From the NCBI GenBank assembly GCA_042216675.1, contig JBDGTS010000048.1, forward strand, positions 1-19,872: DNA of 19,872 nt, given 5' to 3'. Position 1 is the stretch's first letter. Each line of letters opens with the position of its first letter. Shown one piece after another: positions 6,510 through 14,407 of the stretch. The translations under genes and the position numbers were made by a program. This DNA comes from Halobacteriaceae archaeon (GTDB lineage: Archaea; Halobacteriota; Halobacteria; Halobacteriales; Halobacteriaceae). Under the pieces are notes generated by a model, which was not told the DNA's origin, did not search any database, and worked only from the letters and a program-made list of their open reading frames with translations.

Positions 6510-7904
6510 ATGCCAGACGACGGCGACTCAGACCTCGTTCGGCGCCTCGAAGACACCTTCTACGGCGACTTCGCGACCGTTCCGGACCGCAAGTTCGACG
6601 CGACAGAGTACGGGGCCGTCGGCGACGACGAGACGGTGAACACCGACGCGATTCAGGACGCCATCGACGCCGCGGCCGACGCCGGCGGCGGCCGCGTGAC
6701 GCTCCCCGAGGGGACGTATCTGAGCGGTGCGCTCTTCCTCCGCTCGAACGTCGACCTCCACCTCTCCGGCGGGGCCATCCTCAAGGCCGTGCAGGACGAC
6801 GACGCCTACCCGACGCAGGAGACCCGCGTCGCGGGCATCGAGATGGAGTGGCCCGCCGCCCTCGTCAACGTGTACGAGGCGTCGAACGTCCGCGTGACGG
6901 GGCCGGGCACCATCGACGGCAACGGCGAGTACTGGTGGTCCAAGTTCAACGACATGCGCGGCGACTACGAGGACGCGGGCCTCCGCTGGGCCGTGGACTA
7001 CGACTGCGAGCGGGTGCGCCCCCTCGTCGTCTACGAGTCCGAGGACGTGTACCTCGGCGACTTCCGCGTCGAGCGACAGGGCTTCTGGGCCGTCCAGATG
7101 ACCTACAGCGAACGCGTCCACGTCAACCGCGTCTCCGTCCGGGGCAACCTCGGGGGCTACGGTCCCTCCACCGACGGCATCAACACGGACTCCTCCCGGG
7201 ACGTTCTCGTCGAGAACTGCGACGTGGACGGCAACGACGACAACCTCTGCATCAAGGCCGGCCGCGACGCCGACGGCCTGCGCGTCGGCCGCCCCACCGA
7301 GAACGTCGTGTACCGCGACTGTGTGACCTACGAGGGGGGCGGCCTCGTCACCATCGGGAGCGAGACGGCGGGCGGCGTCCGCAACGTCGAGGTGTACAAC
7401 ATCACGGGCCTGAACACGAACACCGGCATCCGATTCAAGTCCGCGAAAGTCCGCGGCGGCCACATCCGCGACGTCCACTTCCACGACTTGGAGATGGAGG
7501 GCGTGCGCACCGTCTTCCAGTGGGAACTCGACTGGCACCCCGACTACTCCTACCCGACGATTCCCGACGACGTGCCCGAGTCCGAGCACCAGCCACACTG
7601 GGAGACGCTGACGACGCCCGTCGAACCGCCGGAGCGCGGCATCCCCGAGTTCTCTGACGTGACGGTAGAGAACGTCACCGCGACGGACACGACCCAGCAG
7701 GCGTTCCACGCCAACGGCTACGAGGAGCAACCGATTCACGACGTGCGCTTCGAGAACGTCGACGTCGAGGCGCCGACGGCCGGCGACGTGAACCACGCCC
7801 GCGATTGGGCGATGGAGAACGTCGTCCTGCGCACCGAGGACGGCGAACCGCTCGAACTGACTGATTGCGAGAACGTCGAGACGCCGACTGTCGAATCTCG
7901 GTAG
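6510..7904 (+). CDS. Glycoside hydrolase family 28 (polygalacturonase-like), 464 aa
   Basis: ATG 6510. YGAVGD...NTDAIQDAID, GTYLSGALFLRSNV, GTIDGNG, catalytic STDG and NDD, TIGSE, GIRFKS. Confidence 0.92.
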   Translation: MPDDGDSDLVRRLEDTFYGDFATVPDRKFDATEYGAVGDDETVNTDAIQDAIDAAADAGGGRVTLPEGTYLSGALFLRSNVDLHLSGGAILKAVQDDDAYPTQETRVAGIEMEWPAALVNVYEASNVRVTGPGTIDGNGEYWWSKFNDMRGDYEDAGLRWAVDYDCERVRPLVVYESEDVYLGDFRVERQGFWAVQMTYSERVHVNRVSVRGNLGGYGPSTDGINTDSSRDVLVENCDVDGNDDNLCIKAGRDADGLRVGRPTENVVYRDCVTYEGGGLVTIGSETAGGVRNVEVYNITGLNTNTGIRFKSAKVRGGHIRDVHFHDLEMEGVRTVFQWELDWHPDYSYPTIPDDVPESEHQPHWETLTTPVEPPERGIPEFSDVTVENVTATDTTQQAFHANGYEEQPIHDVRFENVDVEAPTAGDVNHARDWAMENVVLRTEDGEPLELTDCENVETPTVESR

Positions 7905-8879
7905 CTACCCCGTCCGGGTGAGCCCCTCTCGCTCGACGTACACGTCCATGTCCTCCGCGAGGTGTTCGAGTTCCTCCCGCAGCGCATCTTGCTGTTCGTC
8001 GAGTTCGTTCTGGACCGGCCCCGGCAGCTGGTCGAGGAGCAGGTCCGTGTACCGCAGGCGCGAACTGAACTGCCGATTGATGCGGTCCTGCGCGGTTTCG
8101 ATGCTCTGCCGGTGGGCGCGCGCGTCGCGGTCGGTCCACGCCGAAAGCTCGTCCGTGAAGCCCTCGTCGGGGTCGAACACCTTGTCCGGCATCGAACTGT
8201 CGGAGGTGGCGATGCGGTCGTGCCACTCCTTGACCTGCTTCACCAGCGCTCGTCGGAACGTCCAGTCGAGGTCGTCGAGACGAGAGGTGTTCACCTTCAC
8301 CAGCGTGTCACCAGCGTAGATGACGCTCATGTTCGCGAAGATGTCCGTCCGCGTCTCGTCGGTGTCCTCGATGGTCCGTTCGCTCACCTCGCCGGTCATC
8401 AGCGCCCGAATCACGTCCCGGCGGACGACGGGGAACGACTCGGTGTCCGTCTGGAAGTAGAAGTAGCCGCCCACGAGGACGAGTACGACGCCGAGGCCCG
8501 CGAGGGGCATCTGCTTGCCGAGGGCACCGACGCCGGCCAACAGCAGTCCGAGGACGATGCTCAGCGCTCCATGTGGCCCGTAGGGCTTGTACTCGAGGAC
8601 CCCGCTCCCGACCAGTTCCCAGTCGGACTCGGCGACCAACCGCCCGTCGACGCGTCCCGTCTTCTGTCCGACTTCCTCGCTTTTGATTTCGAGGTCCTCG
8701 TCCTGTACGCCCGACGTCTGATACTTGAAATCGTTGCCGGACTGGATCTCTTCGAGGCTCCGCTTCAGCCGTCGGTAGAACTCGCGGGGGTTGATTCCCT
8801 TGTAGTCTCCCTCGACGAAGCGGGTCGCCTTGCGGAGGTCCTGTCGACTGTACTCCGGCACCTCTCCACCCCGACTCAT
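7905..8879 (-). CDS. Hypothetical membrane protein (324 aa) with a central two-TM hairpin
   Basis: Acidic ORF. Start at ATG 8879 or 8885. Hydrophobic segments ALSIVLGLLLAGVGAL and LAGLGVVLVLVGGYFYF. T6 tract on - at 8905-8910 in TATA position. Confidence 0.8.
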   Translation of the reverse strand: MSRGGEVPEYSRQDLRKATRFVEGDYKGINPREFYRRLKRSLEEIQSGNDFKYQTSGVQDEDLEIKSEEVGQKTGRVDGRLVAESDWELVGSGVLEYKPYGPHGALSIVLGLLLAGVGALGKQMPLAGLGVVLVLVGGYFYFQTDTESFPVVRRDVIRALMTGEVSERTIEDTDETRTDIFANMSVIYAGDTLVKVNTSRLDDLDWTFRRALVKQVKEWHDRIATSDSSMPDKVFDPDEGFTDELSAWTDRDARAHRQSIETAQDRINRQFSSRLRYTDLLLDQLPGPVQNELDEQQDALREELEHLAEDMDVYVEREGLTRTG

Positions 8880-8989
8880 GGGCATGCGTTTGATATGTCG
8901 CCGCAAAAAACTGCTGGTTCCTGACCCTACGGCGGTGCCGGCACCTGACGAGCGTGGATTGGCCGCAACAGTTGTCCGTCTGTCACATC

Positions 8990-9003
8990 CGAACTACTTT
9001 AAA
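8990..9003 (+). promoter_or_regulatory. BRE plus TATA box of the micro-protein gene
   Basis: CGAA (8990-8993) then TTTAAA (8998-9003), 22-27 bp upstream of ATG 9025. This spacing is typical of leaderless haloarchaeal transcripts. Confidence 0.65.
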
Positions 9004-9024
9004 GAACAAAAATGAGGGACTGCT

Positions 9025-9165
9025 ATGGACGCCGCACGCGCAATCGAGCGGTGCGCATACTGTCGGGAGTTCGTTCCCGTGACGTATCGAGAAGTGGGCG
9101 ACGGTGCTCCATCCATCAGCGCGGAAGTCGCAGTCTGTGAGGAGTGCTACGGCGACGGCCGGTGA
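9025..9165 (+). CDS. Small zinc-finger micro-protein (46 aa, two CxxC motifs), not in the ORF track
   Basis: Manual translation MDAARAIERCAYCREFVPVTYREVGDGAPSISAEVAVCEECYGDGR*. Has an upstream BRE/TATA and fills the gap up to 1 bp from the convergent PadR stop. Confidence 0.75.
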   Translation: MDAARAIERCAYCREFVPVTYREVGDGAPSISAEVAVCEECYGDGR

Positions 9166-9166
9166 T

Positions 9167-9469
9167 TCACTCCGCTTTCGTCTTCGGCAGGCCGTCCTCG
9201 TCGACGTACTGGGCCTCCCAGTCGCGGCGGGCCTCGATTTCACGGCTTCCGCGCCGCGTCAGCGAGTAGTAGTTCGTGCGCTGGTCGAGTTCGCCTTTTT
9301 CGACGAGCCCTTTGTCGACGAGTTGATCGAGGTTCGGATACAGTCGGCCGTGGTGAATCTCGCCCTCGTAGTACTCTTCGAGTTCGTCCTTGACGGCGAG
9401 GCCGTGTGGCTCGTCGAGACCCGCGACGACGTAGAGCAGATCCCGCTGAAACCCTGTCAAGTCGTACAT
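9167..9469 (-). CDS. PadR-family winged-helix transcriptional regulator (haloarchaeal RosR-like subfamily), 100 aa
   Basis: ATG 9469. DLTGFQRDLL, HGLAVKDELEEYY, HGRLYPNLDQLVDKGLVEK, RTNYY. Confidence 0.92.
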   Translation of the reverse strand: MYDLTGFQRDLLYVVAGLDEPHGLAVKDELEEYYEGEIHHGRLYPNLDQLVDKGLVEKGELDQRTNYYSLTRRGSREIEARRDWEAQYVDEDGLPKTKAE

Positions 9470-9599
9470 CGTCCTACACTGTCTCAGTAGGTGATACGCG
9501 GGGATATGTGTTACGCAGACGAACAGATTCACCCCAGCGAGGGAAACAGTCACCGCGCCGACGACAACAGTTTTCAGCGTCGCGGCGGTACGTAGAGCG

Positions 9600-11297
9600 A
9601 TGACACACGCGGGGGGACCACAGGGGGACCGGGCTCAGTCGGAGACGCTCGGATTCATCCTCCTCGTCGGCATCGCGGCCATCGGCGTCACGAGCATCGT
9701 GGTGCTCGGGTCCGCGGCCGTCGACAACTCCCGGCACGCGATGGAGGTCGGGAGCGCCGAACACGCGATGACGGAGTTCGACTCGCAGGCGAGTCTGGTC
9801 GCCCACGGCGCCTCGACGAGCCAAATCGCCACCCTCCCCAGCGGTCGGGGCCAACGGGTGCAGGTGCTTCCGAACGCCGGTCGGATGACCGTGAAGGTGT
9901 ACAACAAGACCGGCGGCCTCAACTTCACCGTACTGAACACGACGCTCGGCGCCGTGAAGTACACGAACGGCGACACCACCATCGCCTACGAGGGCGGAGG
10001 CGTCTGGAAGCGGACGGAGAGCGGAAGCGTCACGATGGTATCGCCGCCGGAGGTCCACTACAGCCAGAATACGCTCACCCTGCCGCTGGTGACGGTGCGC
10101 GGTGACGGCAACGTGGTCGGGACGACCCGGATTCAGCAGGCCGGGGTCACGGATTCGAAGTTCCCCAGTGCGACGCACAGCAACCCGCTCCAGAGCGGGC
10201 AGATCGTCCTCACCGTGCGAAGCGACTACTACCGGGCGTGGGGGCGGTTCTTCGAGACGCGCACCGGTGGCAACGTGACCTACGACCACCCCAACGAGAC
10301 TGTCTCCATCGACCCCGTGGCCGAGGAGTCGAAACCCGCGGTCGCCGGCGGCATCATCTCCGGGGCCACCGCCGACGAGATCCAGTTCCAGAATCAGGGC
10401 GGCGTTGACAGTTACAACTCCTCGGCCGGCGACTACAGTTCGACGAACACGCGAAACACCACCATCGTCGCGGCCGGGTCCGTGACGCTCCAGAACAAGG
10501 CGACCATCTACGGCGACGTGGTCGCCGGCGCGGACCTCTCGCTGTACAATCAGGCCACCATCGACGGCAACGCCTCCTACGGCGGGTCGCTCTCGATGGA
10601 CAACAAGGCCACCATCACCGGGACGATTTCCGACGACGCCTCCGTGCAGGCGCCGGACGCGGTGAACTTCCTCGTCGACCGCAAACTGTCGAACTTCTCC
10701 AGTAGCAACGACAACGGCGCCGAGAACAACATCAGTTCGAACACGCTACAGGGCTGTGACACCACCTGCACCATCGAGAACGGACGCTACTACCTCTCGG
10801 GAATTCAACTCGACACCGGGGACGACGTCGTCTTCGACACCTCCAACGGGTCCATCGAGGTGGCCGTCGCCGGTCCCGTGCAGATTCAGGGCGACGCGCA
10901 CGTCGAGGTGCAGGGGGGTGGCACCGTGCGCTTCTACAACGACGACTACGTCCAACTCCAGAACGACGCCAACGTCACCGTGCCCGGTGAGGATGCACCG
11001 CGGCTCTGGATGTACATGCGCTCCGACACCTCGTTCGAACTCAACAACAAGGCGCGCTTCGTCGGCGTCATCTACGGGCCGGGCCGGGGCACCAACAGCG
11101 GAGCGACCATCGACGTCAACAATCAGGCCCAGATATACGGCGCCCTCGTGGGCCGCGTCCCGGCCGTCCCCAACGGCGTCGGCGTCCACTTCGACGAGGC
11201 CCTCACGAGTGCTGACCCCCTCGAGCCGGTGTTCGGCGGGACGCCCCGCGTCACCTACCTCCACGTCTCAACGACGCCGATCAACGTCACGACCTAA
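9600..11297 (+). CDS. Large type IV pilin-like protein or adhesin (565 aa) with a class III signal peptide and C-terminal beta-solenoid repeats
   Basis: DRA/QSETLGFILLVGI class III cleavage motif plus hydrophobic helix. Repeats LQNKATIYG, LYNQATIDG, MDNKATITG, LNNKARFVG, VNNQAQIYG. Many N-x-S/T sequons. Confidence 0.85.
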   Translation: MTHAGGPQGDRAQSETLGFILLVGIAAIGVTSIVVLGSAAVDNSRHAMEVGSAEHAMTEFDSQASLVAHGASTSQIATLPSGRGQRVQVLPNAGRMTVKVYNKTGGLNFTVLNTTLGAVKYTNGDTTIAYEGGGVWKRTESGSVTMVSPPEVHYSQNTLTLPLVTVRGDGNVVGTTRIQQAGVTDSKFPSATHSNPLQSGQIVLTVRSDYYRAWGRFFETRTGGNVTYDHPNETVSIDPVAEESKPAVAGGIISGATADEIQFQNQGGVDSYNSSAGDYSSTNTRNTTIVAAGSVTLQNKATIYGDVVAGADLSLYNQATIDGNASYGGSLSMDNKATITGTISDDASVQAPDAVNFLVDRKLSNFSSSNDNGAENNISSNTLQGCDTTCTIENGRYYLSGIQLDTGDDVVFDTSNGSIEVAVAGPVQIQGDAHVEVQGGGTVRFYNDDYVQLQNDANVTVPGEDAPRLWMYMRSDTSFELNNKARFVGVIYGPGRGTNSGATIDVNNQAQIYGALVGRVPAVPNGVGVHFDEALTSADPLEPVFGGTPRVTYLHVSTTPINVTT

Positions 11298-12040
11298 GTC
11301 TGGATGTCGAGGCTGATGCCGGTCCGAACCACGGTGGCGTTGTCGGCGACGAACTGCATCCGCACGGTGCTGTTCGCCTGATCGACGGTGATCGAGTTGG
11401 CCGCCGCCTCGAACTGCCGCTTCCACGCCGCCGTCCGCGGCGTCTGAATCGTCACGTTCACCCGCACCCGCGAGTCCGGTGCGAACCGAATCACGTTCGG
11501 CGTCCGTCCGCTGGCGGTGATGAGTACCGTCCCCGGACCGCCGATGGAGCGACGCGGTCCCGCCGGTGAGGTTTGGATCTGCGAGATTGCCACGTGGTCG
11601 TCGCTGATGAGCCATCCCGGCCCCGATCGCATCGCGGTGTAGGTGGGCGCCTGTCGGAAGACGGCCCCGGCGCTGTAGACGACTTTCGTCTCGCCGACCT
11701 CGTACAGAATGGGCGTCATCGACACGTTCAGCGCCGGACTGTGGTTCGAGACGTTCCCGATTTCGGTGGCGTTGACGGTCATGTACACCCGGTCGCCGTA
11801 ACTGATGGTTCCCTCACCGAGTTTGACCTCCGTCGCTCGCCGCGGGGCGCCGTCCTTGTACACGTCTTCGAGGTTCTCCGACAGCACCTCGAAGGCCCGC
11901 TCCATGTTCCGAATCTCGGTCTGCTGGCGGGACTGGTCGAGTTCGGAGAACCCCGCGACGTAGACGGTGCCGATGGTCATCATGATGACCGCGAACACCA
12001 GCACGAAGCCCAGCGTCTCGCTCTGCGCGCGGTCGGTCAC
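11294..12040 (-). CDS. Type IV pilin-like protein (248 aa), class III signal peptide
   Basis: GTG 12040 overlaps the upstream TGA (GTGA). TDRA/QSETLGFVLVFAVI. The first 131 codons of the track ORF are shadow sequence. Confidence 0.85.
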   Translation of the reverse strand: MTDRAQSETLGFVLVFAVIMMTIGTVYVAGFSELDQSRQQTEIRNMERAFEVLSENLEDVYKDGAPRRATEVKLGEGTISYGDRVYMTVNATEIGNVSNHSPALNVSMTPILYEVGETKVVYSAGAVFRQAPTYTAMRSGPGWLISDDHVAISQIQTSPAGPRRSIGGPGTVLITASGRTPNVIRFAPDSRVRVNVTIQTPRTAAWKRQFEAAANSITVDQANSTVRMQFVADNATVVRTGISLDIQT

Positions 12041-12465
12041 GCCGACGCCACCTCCAGCGCTCCGCCGTCGAGGACGACGTGGAGGTCCCCGCCGCTCACC
12101 GTCGAGTTCCGCACCGCGGTTCGGTTGCCCACCGGCACGCGGACCGACCGGTCGTCGGTCAGGACCACGATAGTCGCGCTCCCGTTCGTCGCTGTCAGCC
12201 GTACCCGATACTGGCCGCTCGCCACTCTTGCCGGGAGCGACGTGTCGACGCGCACCGCCGTCGCGCCCGACGCGGCGAGGCGGTCCGCCGCCGCGAGGTC
12301 CGCCGCGACTCGTTGGCCGACGACGGAGAGTTCCGTCTGCGTGACCGATTCGGTCCGGGACTCGATTTGGTTCCCCGTCGCGACGAGGAGTCCCGTGATG
12401 AGGAGGGTGGTGATGAGCAGTGTCAGCGTCCACGTCACCACCGTGGAGACGGCGCGGTCATTCAT
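12037..12465 (-). CDS. Type IV pilin-like protein (142 aa)
   Basis: MNDRA/VSTVVTWTLTLLITTLLI. SD-like GGTGAGG precedes ATG 12465. Overlaps the upstream gene. Confidence 0.85.
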   Translation of the reverse strand: MNDRAVSTVVTWTLTLLITTLLITGLLVATGNQIESRTESVTQTELSVVGQRVAADLAAADRLAASGATAVRVDTSLPARVASGQYRVRLTATNGSATIVVLTDDRSVRVPVGNRTAVRNSTVSGGDLHVVLDGGALEVASA

Positions 12466-13393
12466 CGTCCTCACCCGGAATCACCCGAACGCGCGTCTCG
12501 TACAGCAGATCCGGCGTGCGGTAGGTCAGGTTCAGGGTGGCGCTGTACGCCATCGGCGCCCACCGCGGCGAGTCGCCCGACCCCGGTAGCGCGAGGTTCC
12601 CGATGTCCGTGCTGTTCACCGTGAGGTTGTAGGTCCCCGCCGTGTGATTGCCGTACGTTACGCTGATCGTCCACGGCGGCGCCGTCCCGTTCGCGAAGTC
12701 GAGACCCGAACAGGCGGTGCCGTTCGCCGTGCCCGCAATCAGGTCGATTTCCTCGCCCGTCGAGATGCCGCCGCAGGCGGACTCGGTCTCAATCGCACCC
12801 GTCTCGTCCGTCACGGCGAGGTACGACCCCGAGCCGTTTTGGTACAGGTGGAGGCGCCACTCCGCGCCGCCACCGGCCACGACGATGCGCGTGCTGTCGT
12901 TCGACGGGTCGGCCGTCTGCAGGTCGCCCGTGATGTTGCTCGGAGTCAGCACGAACGAGCGCACGCCGGTGACGTTGCTCGTCACCGTCCAGTTGACGGC
13001 CCCGGCCGCGTCGGTCAGGTCGCGCGAGGAGTTGTCCTGCACGATACGGGTCCCCTCGTGAATCGTCGCCGCGAGGTCCGCGTGCACGAGTGCGGCCGCG
13101 AGTTGCTGGCTGACCAGCCGGTCGATTTCGTCGATGCCCGCCGAGACGTTCGCCGTCAGCGCCGCCCTGTCCGTGTAGTTGCGGTCGTTCTCGGCGTCCA
13201 GCAGGTCCGCGACGCTCTCGGTGACGACGGCGCGGTACTCGAACGCCCCGGCCTCGGCCGCGTTGCCGCTCCGGGTCGCCACGTTCTGGGTGTAGATGAC
13301 GGAGTTCAACAGCACCACCAACACGACGATGCTGACGGCGACGGCGAGGCCGCCGACGAGAATCATCTGTCCGCGGTCGTTCAGATCCGCCAT
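12458..13393 (-). CDS. Type IV pilin-like protein (311 aa)
   Basis: NDRG/QMILVGGLAVAVSIVVLVVLLN. Asn/Thr-rich with many sequons and one Cys pair. Confidence 0.85.
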   Translation of the reverse strand: MADLNDRGQMILVGGLAVAVSIVVLVVLLNSVIYTQNVATRSGNAAEAGAFEYRAVVTESVADLLDAENDRNYTDRAALTANVSAGIDEIDRLVSQQLAAALVHADLAATIHEGTRIVQDNSSRDLTDAAGAVNWTVTSNVTGVRSFVLTPSNITGDLQTADPSNDSTRIVVAGGGAEWRLHLYQNGSGSYLAVTDETGAIETESACGGISTGEEIDLIAGTANGTACSGLDFANGTAPPWTISVTYGNHTAGTYNLTVNSTDIGNLALPGSGDSPRWAPMAYSATLNLTYRTPDLLYETRVRVIPGEDDE

Positions 13394-13923
13394 ACGGTGA
13401 TGTGCACCTCCATTACCGCGTACACCTCAGTGTCCGGCGAGGAGTCGGGGACGTTGAAGTTCCCCGTCTGCGCCCACTCCGAGACGTTCGCGTACGCCGG
13501 GTCCGGGTGAGGGGTGTCGTCGAACAGGACCACCGGATGCGACGCCGTCACCGCGTTGTCGGTGGGCGTCCCCTGATTGACGAAGACTTTCCCGACGCTG
13601 GCGTTCGTGGCGGTGACCCGCACGTTGAACGCGATGCCCGGGTCACCGAACGTCCGGTTCAAGGCGACGCCGACCCCCTCCCGCGGGTAGTTGGTCTGGT
13701 ACGTGGCGTTCCACGCCATGAACACCGCGCTTCTGAGGGAGTCGTTGGCGTGTGTCGTCGTCAGCAGGTCGGTGGCCTGCGCTCGCTGTTGGTTCTCGAT
13801 ATGCTGGTTCGACGTGCTCGCCGACAGCGGCGTCACCGCCGTCGCTTGAATCGCGAACACGACGCCGCCGAGAACGAGGAGAGCGGCGACGAACGCCTCG
13901 AGGGTGTGGGCTTGTGCGCGCAT
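13381..13923 (-). CDS. Type IV pilin-like protein (180 aa)
   Basis: MRA/QAHTLEAFVAALLVLGGVVFAI. C-terminal V-x-I-T-V-W strand. Preceded by GGTGAG. Confidence 0.85.
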   Translation of the reverse strand: MRAQAHTLEAFVAALLVLGGVVFAIQATAVTPLSASTSNQHIENQQRAQATDLLTTTHANDSLRSAVFMAWNATYQTNYPREGVGVALNRTFGDPGIAFNVRVTATNASVGKVFVNQGTPTDNAVTASHPVVLFDDTPHPDPAYANVSEWAQTGNFNVPDSSPDTEVYAVMEVHITVWRI

Positions 13924-13924
13924 C

Positions 13925-14407
13925 TCACCACACCCTCACGACCAGTTGGTCGTAGTCGCCGTCGAGGAGGACGACTCTGCTGGACGTGACCACGTCGCCG
14001 CTCTCCGGCACGACGGGTCCGGCCTGCAGTTCCGTCCCGCTGACGGTCACGATGCCACTCCCCCCTCTGATGGTCACGTTCAGGCGGTGGCGCCTGTCGT
14101 CGTAGCCGAGCGCTCCCGAGAGATTGCTGGCGTCCGTCTCGAAGTTGCACTCCGTCGGTACCGTCGCCGACGCGTCGAAGAACGCGGCGGTGCAGTCGGC
14201 GTCGAGAACCGTCGGGGTGGCCGTCGCGTTCGTCAGCGTCTCCCCCGAGAGTCTGTCGGCGCTTCGGTCAGCCACGACGAGCGACGCGCCGCCGTCGGCC
14301 GAGAACGGCGCGAAGATGGAGGGCAGGAAGGCGAACACGCCGACGAGGACGAGCAAGAAGAGGCTCATCCCGATGGCGTAGTCCATCGTCGTCTGTCCGC
14401 GAGCCAT
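13925..14407 (-). CDS. Type IV pilin-like protein (160 aa)
   Basis: MARG/QTTMDYAIGMSLFLLVLVGVF. One Cys pair, ends LVVRVW, abuts the pilC stop. Confidence 0.85.
   Translation of the reverse strand: MARGQTTMDYAIGMSLFLLVLVGVFAFLPSIFAPFSADGGASLVVADRSADRLSGETLTNATATPTVLDADCTAAFFDASATVPTECNFETDASNLSGALGYDDRRHRLNVTIRGGSGIVTVSGTELQAGPVVPESGDVVTSSRVVLLDGDYDQLVVRVW

Noticed and set aside
7902-7907. Abutting convergent stop codons forming the palindrome TAGCTA
   Set aside because: This is a simple consequence of compact tail-to-tail packing, with no further structure.
8934-8945. 12-bp palindrome GGTGCCGGCACC in an intergenic region
   Set aside because: It is a single GC-rich instance with no second copy, plausible by chance.
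9507-9525. RosR-type TGT-N10-ACA operator upstream of the PadR gene (also 8973-8987)
   Set aside because: The spacings seen are N11/N13 and N9, not N10, and such short motifs arise by chance.
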